Positions 50,103 to 61,229 are shown, numbered from the stretch's first letter. The stretch is DNA of 64,000 bases from an uncultured candidate division Zixibacteria bacterium (GCA_963702205.1 OY969724.1:2432001-2496000), one strand, 5' to 3'. Translations and numbers: made by a program. Notes: a model not told the origin generated them from the letters alone.

Positions 50103-51359
50103 ATGTCAAAAAACTTAATAATATTCGAGGACTCCGGATATCAGAATCTGTTTCCGTTGACTCAGATAAGGCCGGTATTTTTCCTTCGGGCCGGGGCCAG
50201 ACCGCTATACAGCGTTTTAGTACACCTTTTTGAGGGATATCAGCCCTTTTTATTCTGCCGTCCGGAGATCGAAAGCCTGGCGGCGGAAAGTACAGTCTAT
50301 CCGGTCAATAGCTTTAACGGCCGTCACGGGGAAGAGACGATACTGATAAATGGCCGGATCCGTCCGGATGAGAAACTGGCCGAGGCTCTGAAACTGGCCA
50401 ACAGCGACGTGGTTGTCATGTCCGATAATGTCGACATCGCCGCCGTAAAGGTGGCCGGAAAGCTGTCCGACGAGCAGTTTCAGGACCTTATGAACGGCGA
50501 CCTTCCGGCTTTCGTAAACAAGGCCCAGCGGCAATTCGAGAAGATGAATGTGTCGATCCCGGCTTATAACTACCTTTGGGACCTGGTCAATGATATTCAT
50601 CACAGTCTTGCCGAAGATTTCGCGCGGTTTTCAAAGGGCGATTCTGAATATAAAGTCGCCGATTCATCGGATTATCCGGGAGTGGCTTTAATCAATGGCG
50701 GCAACATTCTTGTTTCAAAAGGGGTCGAAATTCTGCCGGGCAGCGTGCTGGATGCTTCCGAGGGGCCGATTATACTGGATCGTGACGTTCGCATTGAGCC
50801 ACACACTTATGTGATCGGGCCGACATATATCGGGCCGCAGTCGATATTGGTCGGGGGAAAAATTGAGGCGTGTTCGGTCGGGCCGGTCTGCCGGGTCGGC
50901 GGGGAGCTGGAGGAATCCATAATACAGGGATATTCCAATAAATACCACGCCGGTTTTATCGGTCATAGTTATGTCGGCGAATGGGTTAATTTCGGGGCCA
51001 TGACGACCAATTCGGACCTTAAAAATAATTATAAAAATATAGCCGTCGTGGTAAACGGAAGAAGTGTCGATACCGGATCGATGAAGATAGGGTCGTTTAT
51101 CGGGGACTTTACGCGGACGGCCATCGGGACGCTCTTGAATACGGGTATAAACATCGGGCTTTCGTGCAATCTACTGGGCGGGATGCTCGTCGCGGAAAAG
51201 GAAATAGACAATTTTACATGGTTTTCACCAGACGGACCAACCGAATACCAGTTTGAAAAGGCCATTGAGACGATAGAGACAGCCATGGCGCGCCGAAAGG
51301 TCGACCTCAGCGATGATCTCCGCAAGCGGTTGGCGGTGCTTTCAAAGGGTAAACAATAG
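50103..51359 (+). CDS. GlmU-like putative sugar-nucleotidyl/acyltransferase
   Basis: IFED…LFPLT..RP, INGR, SNKYHAGFIGHSYVGEWVNFGA, NSDLKNNY. Confidence 0.8.
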   Translation: MSKNLIIFEDSGYQNLFPLTQIRPVFFLRAGARPLYSVLVHLFEGYQPFLFCRPEIESLAAESTVYPVNSFNGRHGEETILINGRIRPDEKLAEALKLANSDVVVMSDNVDIAAVKVAGKLSDEQFQDLMNGDLPAFVNKAQRQFEKMNVSIPAYNYLWDLVNDIHHSLAEDFARFSKGDSEYKVADSSDYPGVALINGGNILVSKGVEILPGSVLDASEGPIILDRDVRIEPHTYVIGPTYIGPQSILVGGKIEACSVGPVCRVGGELEESIIQGYSNKYHAGFIGHSYVGEWVNFGAMTTNSDLKNNYKNIAVVVNGRSVDTGSMKIGSFIGDFTRTAIGTLLNTGINIGLSCNLLGGMLVAEKEIDNFTWFSPDGPTEYQFEKAIETIETAMARRKVDLSDDLRKRLAVLSKGKQ

Positions 51360-51484
51360 ACCTGGACGGGTGTTATACATTACAGGAAATGGATTTATCT
51401 GTCGAAACAAGCAATAGGGGCAGGAATATAAGCTGATCCAAAGTCGTTAAAAACGCTGACTTAAGGGGGAACGGGAGAAAAGAG

Positions 51485-52526
51485 ATGCCGGAATTTCGTC
51501 GTGACCCGGTGATAGGGCGGTGGGTGATAATCTCCACCGATCGTGGAAAGAGGCCGTCAAGTTTCGGGAATATTCCCAAACAGGAAGAGCCGAAAATGTG
51601 CCCGTTTTGTCCTGGAAATGAATCCAGCACTCCGCCCGAAGTTCTGGCCTTTCGGGAAAACGGCACCCAGCCGAATAAAGCCGGTTGGTTTCTAAGAGTT
51701 ATTTCCAATAAGTATCCGGCCCTTCGCATCGAGGGCGGCCTGAATCGGGAGCCAAAGGGGCTGTACGATAAAATGAACGGGGTGGGGGCTCACGAAGTCA
51801 TTATCGAAACTCAAAATCATTTTAAGGACCTGGCCGATTTATCGATAGAAGAGATCAAAAACGTTTTGTGGGCGTTTCGTGAACGCTCGCTGGATCTTCA
51901 GAGAGATCGCCGGTTCAAGTACGTGCTGATTTTCAAGAATCACGGTGAGGCGGCGGGGGCATCGCTGGAACATTCGCACAGCCAGCTGATCGCCACACCG
52001 ATTGTCCCCAGACGGGTGCAGGAAGAAATCGACGGTGCGAAAAAAGTACTATGACTTCAAAGAAAGATGTATCTTCTGTGATATTATCCGTCAGGAATTG
52101 AGCGACAAAGAGCGAGTCATAAACGATTACGGGGACTTCATCGCCTTTGCACCATTTGCGTCACGCTTCCCGTTCGAGACGTGGCTATTGCCCAAGCAGC
52201 ATTTGACTCAACTGACCGATCTGGCGACGGAAAATTATGTATACCTGGCCGAGGCTCTTAAGGATATTCTCAACCGTCTGCGTATGGCCCTCAACAACCC
52301 GCCGTACAATTTCATAATCCATACCGCACCCATCGGTGAAGAATACGACGAAGTTTATCACTGGCATATCGAAATTATACCCAAGCTGACCAAGATGGCC
52401 GGTTTCGAGTGGGGCTCGGGATTTTATATCAATCCGACCTGCCCGGAAGACGCGGCCGGGTTCATGAGGGAAATCGACCCATCACTGGCCGATAAGAAAT
52501 TCATGCAGAAAGCGACGGCGAAGTAA
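51485..52526 (+). CDS. galT: GalT-family nucleotidyltransferase; apparent +1 frameshift in the A run 52040-52045
   Basis: CPFCPGNE, NKYPAL, GAHEVIIE, GASLEHSHSQ, then CIFCD, RFPFE, HWHIEI, AGFEWG in the +1 frame. Confidence 0.88.
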
Positions 52527-52528
52527 TT

Positions 52529-53992
52529 ATGGAACACCTCAGGATTGCATTTGTCACTTCTGAGGCTGTGCCATACGCCAAAACCGGCGGTTTGGCCGAC
52601 GTCTCGGGTATACTGCCGGGGGAAATCAGAAAGCTCGGGCACGACTGCCGTATGTTCATGCCCTTTTACGGATCGATCGACCGGGCGCGATTCAAAATTG
52701 AAAGCGTGAACGCAAATATCGGGGGTTTGGTCGGCAAAAACAAAATCCCGTGTCGGCTGTACTCCCAGGATGATTTGGGCAGAGAGCGGCATACGTATTT
52801 CATCGAAAACGAAAAATACTTTAACCGTGAAGCGCTTTATGTCGACCCGAAGACGAACAAAGACTTTGTCGATAATGACGAACGCTTTTTGTTGTTTGCG
52901 GGCGCGGTTCTCGACGCCCTGAAAAAACTGGACTGGCGGCCGGACGTCATTCACGCCAATGATTGGCAGGCGGCGCTGGTGGTGACGCTTCTTAAGACGC
53001 TGCACAAGGACGATGACTTTTTCGGCAGTATTAAAACGGTGTTGACCATACACAATCTGGCCTATCAGGGAATCTTTCCGGCTGAGACGTTCCCCAAATT
53101 GAATCTGCCTTATGAACTTTTCGCTCCGGGCGGTCCCGTGGAGTACTGGGAAAAAGTCAACTACCTGAAATCAGCGATTATGTTCGCAGACAAGATTACG
53201 ACGGTCTCGCCGACGTACGCGCGGGAGATTCAATCGTCCAATGAATACGGCATGGGTCTGGAAGGCGTGCTGAAAAGCCGAAGTGACGATTTGGTCGGAA
53301 TATTGAACGGGGTCGATTATGAGATATGGTCCCCCAAAAGGGACCCGTTAATTCCGTACAATTATTTCATCGCCAACCTTTCGAATAAGAAACGCAACAA
53401 GCTCGAGCTGCTCCGGCAGGCCGGGTTGCCTATGAGATCGGAGCAGCCTCTGCTGGGTATGATTTCCCGCCTGGACTCCCAGAAAGGGTTCGATATATTG
53501 TCTGAAATACTCGATGATATATTGAAGATGGACGTGCAATTTGTCCTTCTTGGGACCGGGGCGCAGGAGTATCACGAATTTTTCCAAAAGCTGGAGAAGG
53601 AGTATCCCGACAAGCTCAAGGCCTTTTTGAAATTCGATAATGCCCTGGCGCATCTAATCGAAGCCGGGGCTGATATATTCGTTATGCCGTCGCGTTATGA
53701 ACCGTGTGGCCTTAACCAAATGTACAGCATGAAATACGGGACGGTCCCGGTGGTCCGGCGTACGGGCGGACTGGCGGACACCGTCGAAAACTTCGACGAA
53801 CGGCAAAAAACGGGCACGGGTTTCGTATTTGACAAATACACGGCGGAATCTTTCAAGACTTCTTTAGTCAGAGCCATTACGCTATTCGGCAAAAGAAGGC
53901 TTTGGTATAAGGTAGTCAAACAGGGGATGAACCGAGATTTTTCATGGGAAAGATCGGCGGAGCGGTATATTCGTTTGTATCAGTCGCTCTGA
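52529..53992 (+). CDS. glgA: Glycogen synthase
   Basis: KTGGLADV, HANDWQ, TIHNLAYQG, PSRYEPCGLNQ, TGGLAD. Confidence 0.97.
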   Translation: MEHLRIAFVTSEAVPYAKTGGLADVSGILPGEIRKLGHDCRMFMPFYGSIDRARFKIESVNANIGGLVGKNKIPCRLYSQDDLGRERHTYFIENEKYFNREALYVDPKTNKDFVDNDERFLLFAGAVLDALKKLDWRPDVIHANDWQAALVVTLLKTLHKDDDFFGSIKTVLTIHNLAYQGIFPAETFPKLNLPYELFAPGGPVEYWEKVNYLKSAIMFADKITTVSPTYAREIQSSNEYGMGLEGVLKSRSDDLVGILNGVDYEIWSPKRDPLIPYNYFIANLSNKKRNKLELLRQAGLPMRSEQPLLGMISRLDSQKGFDILSEILDDILKMDVQFVLLGTGAQEYHEFFQKLEKEYPDKLKAFLKFDNALAHLIEAGADIFVMPSRYEPCGLNQMYSMKYGTVPVVRRTGGLADTVENFDERQKTGTGFVFDKYTAESFKTSLVRAITLFGKRRLWYKVVKQGMNRDFSWERSAERYIRLYQSL

Positions 53993-54009
53993 TATCGTAT
54001 AATTAATCG

Positions 54010-55923
54010 ATGGCGAAAAATTCAAAATCCAAATCAAAATCAAAGAAAAAGGCAAAACTAAGAGCCAGGTCAAAATTTAATCTCTCAAGACTATCGCACT
54101 TTAAGTCGTTAATAGGAATTTTACTTCTGCTGTTCGGAGTAGGGATTCATATTTACCTCGCGCAACGGTTGAATTTCACGCAGGATGATACATTCATATC
54201 ATTTCGATACGCACTGAATTTCGTTGACGGCCACGGGCTGGTTTTCAATATCGGAGAAAGAATTGAGGGTTACACGAATTTCCTCTGGACGATATGCATT
54301 ATCCTGGCCAAGCTGCTGGGTTTTCAATTGGTGCTATTTTCGAAAATTTTCGGCGTTTCATTCGGGGCAGCGGGGATTGTCGCGACCTATTTTCTTGCTC
54401 TTCATGTCTTTGATAAAAACAGTTATAAGGCCGGCATTGTCGCGCTCGTGCTCGGGACGATACCGTCGTACGCGTACTGGTCAGTTTCCGGACTGGAAAC
54501 ACCAGCGTTCGGGCTGGCGATAACGCTGGCCCTGTACGCCTATGTGCGCGGGTCATATTTAACGGCGCCGATAGCCGCCATAGCTACCCTGCTGCGTCCG
54601 GAGGGGGCACTGGTTTTTGCCTTTATAGTAGTTTTCGACGTGATCAGTCGGCGGGGAATAAGAACGCCGATAATAGCCGGCGTTGTAATTTACGCCGCAA
54701 CGCTTTTGCCGTTTCTGGCGTTTAAGTATTTCTATTACGGCGGGATTATCCCGAATACGTTCTTTGCGAAATCGGGAACGCTGATCGATAATATACCCAA
54801 CGGCATAGAATACCTGGGGACGTATTTCTGGCATTATCTGGGGGCAGGGTTGTTTATTTTACCGGCCTTTTTGATGTTCAGGAAAGGACACCGAAAGAAT
54901 CTGGTTTTGTTGCTCTTTTTTTTGGTCTACGCAATATATATCGGGTTGATAGGCGGGGACGTCCTCAAGGTGCATCGCTTCTTTGTTCCGATTATGGGCG
55001 TCGTGAGCATACTGGTCGTTTACGGGATGTTTGCTCTGCTAAGAAAACCGGTATATGCTATGGCAGCGTTGGTGGTGGTGATCGGGTGGGGCTTATATGC
55101 GCCCGTAAATCATATTGCATCCTTTCTGAATGCCGAGAAATCACTTATTAGCAAAATGGTGCATTTGGCGGGCAATTTAAAGGCCCACGACAAGAGTAAT
55201 TTTAACGTGGTTATATCGACCATCGGCGTGTTCGGCTATAATCTCATGGGTCATCAGGTCATCGATATGCTGGGGCTGACCGATTCGACAATCGCCCGTC
55301 ACCCGGAACCGCCGATTGAAGGACTGGAAACGACGTGGAAGGAAAGAAGCTTTAATACGCCGTATATTCTCGGCCTCAAACCGGATTATATACTGTTTTC
55401 GACCGGGCATAAGCCATCGGCCCCCGCCGAACGGGCCCTGTTTATGTACAGCCAGTTTCTTAAAAGTTATCGAATTATCGGTTTCTTTTTTGACGGTCAG
55501 CTTCATGACGTTTATAAAAGGTATTATCCATACGACAGCACGGTCGTAAGGAATATCGACGTCGATTTCGTCCAAAGTTATAATAAAGGCATCAATCTGA
55601 CCACAAATGGTGACAATAAAAATGCCATGCTGCAGTTTTTGAAATGCGACCGGTACGTAACGACGGCGATGTTTCCGTATGTCAAACATTACGAAGCGAC
55701 CATCTGGCGTCAGAGCGGGCAAATGAAAAAATGGGTGGATCTTACCATGGAAATCATCAACGCCGACACACTTTGCTATATGGCCTATCGTGACGCCTAT
55801 TATTATGAAAAGGTCATAACAAAGAACCAGGAAAAGGCGCAGGCATATCGTCGGCACCTCGAAGAAATGGTTCCGTGGTATCTGCCCCGGCTGGATTCTT
55901 TGATAGAGGAATCGATGAAATAA
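54010..55923 (+). CDS. GT-C-fold membrane glycosyltransferase (DDxxISFRYA type)
   Basis: [49 protein letters not shown]. Confidence 0.75.
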   Translation: MAKNSKSKSKSKKKAKLRARSKFNLSRLSHFKSLIGILLLLFGVGIHIYLAQRLNFTQDDTFISFRYALNFVDGHGLVFNIGERIEGYTNFLWTICIILAKLLGFQLVLFSKIFGVSFGAAGIVATYFLALHVFDKNSYKAGIVALVLGTIPSYAYWSVSGLETPAFGLAITLALYAYVRGSYLTAPIAAIATLLRPEGALVFAFIVVFDVISRRGIRTPIIAGVVIYAATLLPFLAFKYFYYGGIIPNTFFAKSGTLIDNIPNGIEYLGTYFWHYLGAGLFILPAFLMFRKGHRKNLVLLLFFLVYAIYIGLIGGDVLKVHRFFVPIMGVVSILVVYGMFALLRKPVYAMAALVVVIGWGLYAPVNHIASFLNAEKSLISKMVHLAGNLKAHDKSNFNVVISTIGVFGYNLMGHQVIDMLGLTDSTIARHPEPPIEGLETTWKERSFNTPYILGLKPDYILFSTGHKPSAPAERALFMYSQFLKSYRIIGFFFDGQLHDVYKRYYPYDSTVVRNIDVDFVQSYNKGINLTTNGDNKNAMLQFLKCDRYVTTAMFPYVKHYEATIWRQSGQMKKWVDLTMEIINADTLCYMAYRDAYYYEKVITKNQEKAQAYRRHLEEMVPWYLPRLDSLIEESMK

Positions 55924-56045
55924 GAACGAATTGGTCTCTTTTCGATGAAGAAGTTGGCACGTATGGCGGCGTTTTATAATTTTTTTCAATGAAAATTCAA
56001 AAAAGTTGACAAAGCCAAAATCCGATATATATTCATAGAGGTTAA

Positions 56046-56118
<73 letters not shown>

Positions 56119-56127
56119 TATTTATTA

Positions 56128-56199
<72 letters not shown>

Positions 56200-56327
56200 T
56201 TTTTTCATGGTCAGAAAGGGCCAATTATTTTGTCCTGCCCGGCATATTTTTCTTTACAACCTTTGCTAATATTCTATATTCCGAACAATTAAGGATTGGT
56301 GCGTATAACAATTGGAGGTGAATTAAT

Positions 56328-56516
56328 ATGGCCATGAAGATTACCGATGAGTGCACAGCCTGTGGATTGTGCCTCCCGGAGTGCCCCACCAGCTCCATTG
56401 ATGAGGGCGACATATATACGATCAACCCGGACACCTGCAACGAGTGTGAAGACCAGGAAAACGGCCCTCACTGTGTCGAGGTTTGTCCCGTCGATTGTAT
56501 TGAAAAAGCCGAATAG
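56328..56516 (+). CDS. 2[4Fe-4S] ferredoxin (YfhL-like)
   Basis: CTACGLCLPECP and CNEC…CVEVCPVDC; RBS GGAGGTG. Confidence 0.95.
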   Translation: MAMKITDECTACGLCLPECPTSSIDEGDIYTINPDTCNECEDQENGPHCVEVCPVDCIEKAE

Positions 56517-56537
56517 TCTATACTTTTCGAAATTAAT

Positions 56538-56569
56538 AACGCCGCTTGCTTGTGAGCGGCGTTTTTTTT
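56538..56569 (+). terminator. Intrinsic terminator
   Basis: AACGCCGCTT/GAGCGGCGTT stem plus T run. Confidence 0.85.
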
Positions 56570-56580
56570 ATTGTTCTACT

Positions 56581-57006
56581 ATGCCCTATAAACACACCGA
56601 TTCAAATACGACCTCGGATATCGGACTGATTGTCACCGGAGAGGATTTGCCTCAACTGCTGGCGGATGGAGCCATCGGGCTTATAGCCGTTATCGCCGAG
56701 CCGTCGGAATTAATGGAAAATGATGAGGTCGAAATCGACCTTTCCGCCAAATCCGTCGAGGACCTGTATTTTTCATGGCTTTCTGAAATAGTATATCTTA
56801 AGGATGCCCGGAATTTTCTAACTTGCCGCTGTGACATCGAGGTTGTCGAGATAGAACCATACCGAGTAACCGGGCGGCTGTTTGGTGATGTAATAGATAA
56901 ATCACGGCATACGCTCAAGGTCGACGTGAAAGCCGTAACTTATTATAAATTGCGGGTGGAAAAGAAAAGCGACTTTTGGGAGGCGGAGGTAGTGCTGGAT
57001 CTATGA
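56581..57006 (+). CDS. Archease
   Basis: TSDIG, WLSEIVY, VKAVTYY, VVLDL; directly before rtcB; start ATG 56581. Confidence 0.93.
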   Translation: MPYKHTDSNTTSDIGLIVTGEDLPQLLADGAIGLIAVIAEPSELMENDEVEIDLSAKSVEDLYFSWLSEIVYLKDARNFLTCRCDIEVVEIEPYRVTGRLFGDVIDKSRHTLKVDVKAVTYYKLRVEKKSDFWEAEVVLDL

Positions 57007-58457
57007 ATAAATCGAAATATGAGAAAATTACCGAGAATATTTGGGAGATTCCGATCGAATTCAAGGCCGGGATGAATGTGCCGGCACGGATATATTCATC
57101 GGCTGATCTGATCGACGGCATCGATGACCGGGTGATCGACCAGATTACGAATGTGGCTTGTCTGCCGGGTATACAGAAGTACGCCTATTGCATGCCCGAC
57201 GGGCACGTCGGCTATGGCTTTCCGATCGGGGGCGTGGCGGCTTTCGATATTGACAAGGGCATTATATCACCGGGGGGAATCGGCTTTGACATAAACTGCG
57301 GGATGAGGCTGCTGCGTACGAATCTTACGTTGGAAGATATCCGTCCCAAAATGGAGGCGCTTCTCAACGACCTGTTCGCCACGATTCCATCGGGGGTGGG
57401 ATCAAGCGGTTATGTCGAATTGAGTAATAATCAGTTTCGGCAGGTTATGGAGCACGGGGTGGACTGGTGTATCGAAAACGGCTATGCCACGGAATCCGAC
57501 CGGGAATATGTCGAAAACAACGGCTGTCTGGATCACGCCGATCCTGATGCTGTTTCATCAAAAGCCGTTTCGCGCGGGATAAACCAGATGGGGACGCTCG
57601 GGTCGGGCAATCATTATATTGAGGTCGAGATTGCGGCACCGGAGAATATTTTCGATAAAGAGGCGGCCAGGAGGTACGGGATCGATTTGGACAATCAGGT
57701 GCTGGTGTCGATTCATTGCGGTTCGCGCGGGTTCGGGCATCAAATCGCGACTGACTATCTTCAGGTTTTCGGCAAGTGTGCCGCCAAGTATGGCCTGACG
57801 GTCCGAGATAAAGAGCTCATGTCGGCACCGGTGAATTCAGATGAGGGCAGAAAGTATTTTAACGCTATGGCCTGTGCGGCCAACGCGGCCTTTGTCAACC
57901 GGCAGTTGATAGTCCACGGAGTTCGGACGTCGTTTGAGCGGGTGTTTAAAGGAGCCTCGGTCTTGCCTAAAATTGAGACCGTCTATGACGTAGCGCATAA
58001 TATCGCCAAGCGTGAAGTTTATGAAATCGATGGTGTTAAAAAAACTCTGCTGGTGCACCGTAAGGGGGCGACAAGGTCGTTCGGACCGGGCCGCGATGAA
58101 ATTCCGGAAAAGTACCGCGCGGTCGGCCAGCCGGTGATTGTCGGCGGTTCGATGGAATCCGGATCGGCCCTGTTGCGCGGGACGGAAGAAGCGGACGGTT
58201 CGACTTTCGGGTCGTCGCTTCACGGGGCCGGGCGGACGATGTCGAGAATCAAAGCCAAACAGAGGATGCGGGGCGATGAAGTCAGAAACCGTATGAGAGA
58301 ACGGGGCATTCTGGTAAAGACGGGATATATGAAGGGTCTGTCCGAAGAAGCGGGCTACGCCTATAAAAATATTGATCTGGTTACCGAGGCCGTGGACGCG
58401 GCGGGGATTTCCAAAAAAGTCGCAAGATTCTATCCGGTTCTGAATATTAAAGGGTAA
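57003..58457 (+). CDS. rtcB: RtcB RNA ligase (long archaeal/eukaryote-like type)
   Basis: MPDGHVGYGFPIGG, GFDINCG, GTLGSGNHY, HCGSRG, HNIAK, HRKGAT, HGAGR. Confidence 0.97.
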   Translation: MNKSKYEKITENIWEIPIEFKAGMNVPARIYSSADLIDGIDDRVIDQITNVACLPGIQKYAYCMPDGHVGYGFPIGGVAAFDIDKGIISPGGIGFDINCGMRLLRTNLTLEDIRPKMEALLNDLFATIPSGVGSSGYVELSNNQFRQVMEHGVDWCIENGYATESDREYVENNGCLDHADPDAVSSKAVSRGINQMGTLGSGNHYIEVEIAAPENIFDKEAARRYGIDLDNQVLVSIHCGSRGFGHQIATDYLQVFGKCAAKYGLTVRDKELMSAPVNSDEGRKYFNAMACAANAAFVNRQLIVHGVRTSFERVFKGASVLPKIETVYDVAHNIAKREVYEIDGVKKTLLVHRKGATRSFGPGRDEIPEKYRAVGQPVIVGGSMESGSALLRGTEEADGSTFGSSLHGAGRTMSRIKAKQRMRGDEVRNRMRERGILVKTGYMKGLSEEAGYAYKNIDLVTEAVDAAGISKKVARFYPVLNIKG

Positions 58458-58536
58458 AAAAAAAGAGGGCGCTACTCTGGTTGGGTAGAGGGGGCTAGGA
58501 AACTACCCAGGGACAGCAGAGAGTCACCCTCTAAGT
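58456..58536 (-). ncRNA. Candidate small RNA (~80 nt hairpin, C-rich loop, U9 tail)
   Basis: - strand TTGACT-N16-CATATT promoter (58543-58570); end-to-end stem; T9 tail. Confidence 0.5.
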
Positions 58537-58688
58537 ATTTTCAATATGTCGATCTTCAGGATTAAGTCAAGTATTTTTTATCTTTTTCGGCAAAATCTAT
58601 TAAAAGAATTACCCATATTCTGGATAGATTTATATATTGTATCTATAAGGTCCAATCCGGATTCTGAAAAACTCAAAGAAAGGCCGTT

Positions 58689-61229
58689 ATGGACAGAGAC
58701 GACCTCGATAAACGAATTGCACGCAAAAGCGCTCGTGGAAAGGACAACAGGAAAGACAAAATAGCGACCGGGGATGATTTATCGGGAAAATGGCGCCTGC
58801 TGACGAGAAAAACTGCGGCCGTAATTCTCGATATAAATCCCAAATATGAAGTAATCAACCTCGACCGTATGTCCGGTAGTGCCTCGGTGCGAAGTTTGAT
58901 CGGTGTAAGCACACTGGGCTTTTTTTCCAAAAGCCATCACAAGACAGCCAAAACGGCCATAAACGATTGTATCCGGACACAACGGGTAGGCCAATTTATC
59001 GCGCCGGCATGTGGCGATGAAAGCGATGAAACGGCCTGGTACCGGGTAATTCTGATACCCCATGCTATAAAAGGCAGGGTATTATCGATATTACTGGTTT
59101 GTTTCGATACGACATCGGAAATCAAAACGGAAACGGCCCTTCGCGAAACTACGGAGTATTCCCGGGCCGTCCTGAATGCCACAATGGAAACAATCGCCCT
59201 GCTGGATAAAGACGGTCGCGTTTTGATAATAAACGAGACCGGAGCGCGTCGGTTCAAAAAAACATCGGAGGAGTTGGTCGGCCAGGTGCTTCTCGATCCG
59301 GAAAACAGATTATTACCGGATGACATTCTGAAAGCAAGGGCAAATTATATAAAGCACGTCCTGAAAACCGGCCGGGCGGTGAAATTTGAGGATGAACGAA
59401 ATGGCATAATCTTCAGGAATCACATATATCCGGTTTTCGATAAATCGGGCAAAGTCTACCGGGTCGTAATTTATGCCGATGATATTACAGAGCGCAAAAA
59501 GGCGGAACTGGCTCTGAAGGAGAATGAAGAGAGGTTCCGTGAGCTGGCCGACCTTCTGCCTCAGACCATATTCGAGCTGGATGCCAGGGGCAAATTTATA
59601 TATGTAAACAAGCATGCCTATCAGTCTTCCGGGTACACCGAGGAAGACGTAAAAAAGGGCATCAGGGCCGTGGATACATTCGCTCCACAAGATAAGAGCA
59701 AGGCCAAGACGAGATTGAAAAAAATGCTTTCGGGTGAAAAACTGTCCGGCACCGAATATCTTGCCAGAAGAAAAGACGGCAGTGTATACCCGGTAGCGGT
59801 TTATTCAAGCCCGATTACGAGAAACGGGAAGATTGCCGGTATCCGAGGTATTTCAATCGACATATCCGGGCGCAAACAAGTAGAACATGACCTTACTCTG
59901 GCACAGGAAAAATACCGTCTGATCGTAGATAATGTCGGGTCATCAATTGCAATTTTTGACGAGGCTGGAATCATACACTATGCCAATAAAATCGCCGCCC
60001 AAAGTTTTGGCCTGGAACCGGCCACGATGATTGGGAAAACCATGTGGGATTTATTTCCGAAAGAAGTGGCCAATCACCAGATGAATACCATAAGATCGGT
60101 GATACATACCGGCAAAGAATCCATGAGTGTTACCAAGTCGAGGCTGCTTGACGAATCACGGTGGTTCCACACGGTCATTCAGGCGATTCGTCCCAGCGGC
60201 GACTCCCCGGTGCAGGCGATGGTTATCGCCACCGACGTTACCGAAGACCGCGAAAACGACATAAGAAATACGGGGCGTCTTGAACTCCTCGACCGGATCA
60301 GAGAGGCCGATAATGCCCGGGACATGATATTGTTCGGGTGCCAGGCGATAAAAGAATTCGGGCTGTACGACAAATCCGCTTTTTTCATGATGGATAAAAT
60401 GGGCAAGGTGAGTTCGATCGGCAAATTTGGCTTTCGGGCGAACGAGTTTAAAAAGATTCAGGCGATATTTGCCGATTCGCTGAGCGACACAATTAAACCT
60501 CAGTTCTCAAAAAAACTGCACGGGTGCTATTTGGTGCTGTCGAGAAAAGGTGACGGGACCTTTGTTCCCCGGCCCATAGGCGACGGGCGAAGCGGAAAGG
60601 GAAGACAGTGGTCGTCATCGGATCTTGGTCTTTTCTATCTGGAGTCGGGAGACGACAGCAATCAGGAGTTCTGGGTGGTGGTCGGAGAACCGTGCGACGA
60701 CCGTAATCCGTCGCAGCGCGATGCCGAATACCTTCAGGAGATAGCGGAAATAATCACCAAGGACCTGCTACGAATTGACGGGATAGAAAGACTAAAAAAG
60801 GAAGAGCAGGCTCTTCGAGATGCCAACGTTGCCCTGGGAAAAGTCCTCGAACATATAGAAAAAGAGAAAAATGAAATACGGCAGCAGCTGGCGGACAATA
60901 TAGAGCAGAACATAATGCCGGTCTTGGGCAAACTCGTCCGTGGCGACGGGACGGTGCATGGTGATTTTTATAATGTACTGAAAACCGGGTTGAAGGGGCT
61001 GATATTTAACAGCAGTGGCGTAAATCAATTATTGGCGCACCTGACACCGCGCGAACTGGAAATCTGTAATTTCATAAAGACCGGTTTATCGAATACGGAA
61101 ATCGCATCGAATCTTTTTATATCGGTCGGGACGGTCAAGAAGCATCGGGAGCAAATTCGCAGGAAACTGGGGCTTTCCAACAAAAAAATCAACCTGGCGG
61201 TCTTCCTGCGCGGCAATCAAGGCGTATAA
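58689..61229 (+). CDS. Multi-PAS LuxR-family one-component transcriptional regulator
   Basis: PAS/PAC repeats ending DTT, DITERK, DISGRK, DVT; LTPRELEI…SNTEIA…TVKKHR HTH. Confidence 0.92.
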   Translation: MDRDDLDKRIARKSARGKDNRKDKIATGDDLSGKWRLLTRKTAAVILDINPKYEVINLDRMSGSASVRSLIGVSTLGFFSKSHHKTAKTAINDCIRTQRVGQFIAPACGDESDETAWYRVILIPHAIKGRVLSILLVCFDTTSEIKTETALRETTEYSRAVLNATMETIALLDKDGRVLIINETGARRFKKTSEELVGQVLLDPENRLLPDDILKARANYIKHVLKTGRAVKFEDERNGIIFRNHIYPVFDKSGKVYRVVIYADDITERKKAELALKENEERFRELADLLPQTIFELDARGKFIYVNKHAYQSSGYTEEDVKKGIRAVDTFAPQDKSKAKTRLKKMLSGEKLSGTEYLARRKDGSVYPVAVYSSPITRNGKIAGIRGISIDISGRKQVEHDLTLAQEKYRLIVDNVGSSIAIFDEAGIIHYANKIAAQSFGLEPATMIGKTMWDLFPKEVANHQMNTIRSVIHTGKESMSVTKSRLLDESRWFHTVIQAIRPSGDSPVQAMVIATDVTEDRENDIRNTGRLELLDRIREADNARDMILFGCQAIKEFGLYDKSAFFMMDKMGKVSSIGKFGFRANEFKKIQAIFADSLSDTIKPQFSKKLHGCYLVLSRKGDGTFVPRPIGDGRSGKGRQWSSSDLGLFYLESGDDSNQEFWVVVGEPCDDRNPSQRDAEYLQEIAEIITKDLLRIDGIERLKKEEQALRDANVALGKVLEHIEKEKNEIRQQLADNIEQNIMPVLGKLVRGDGTVHGDFYNVLKTGLKGLIFNSSGVNQLLAHLTPRELEICNFIKTGLSNTEIASNLFISVGTVKKHREQIRRKLGLSNKKINLAVFLRGNQGV

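Noticed and set aside
52037..52046. Programmed -1 frameshift at AAAAAAG in galT
   Set aside because: The downstream ORF is in the +1 frame; a one-base insertion beside GTAC explains it, as at three other sites.
55955..55970. TGGCAC before the tRNA genes as a sigma54 promoter
   Set aside because: No TTGC at -12; a sigma70 TTGACA-N16-TATATT promoter at 56006-56033 explains the tRNAs.
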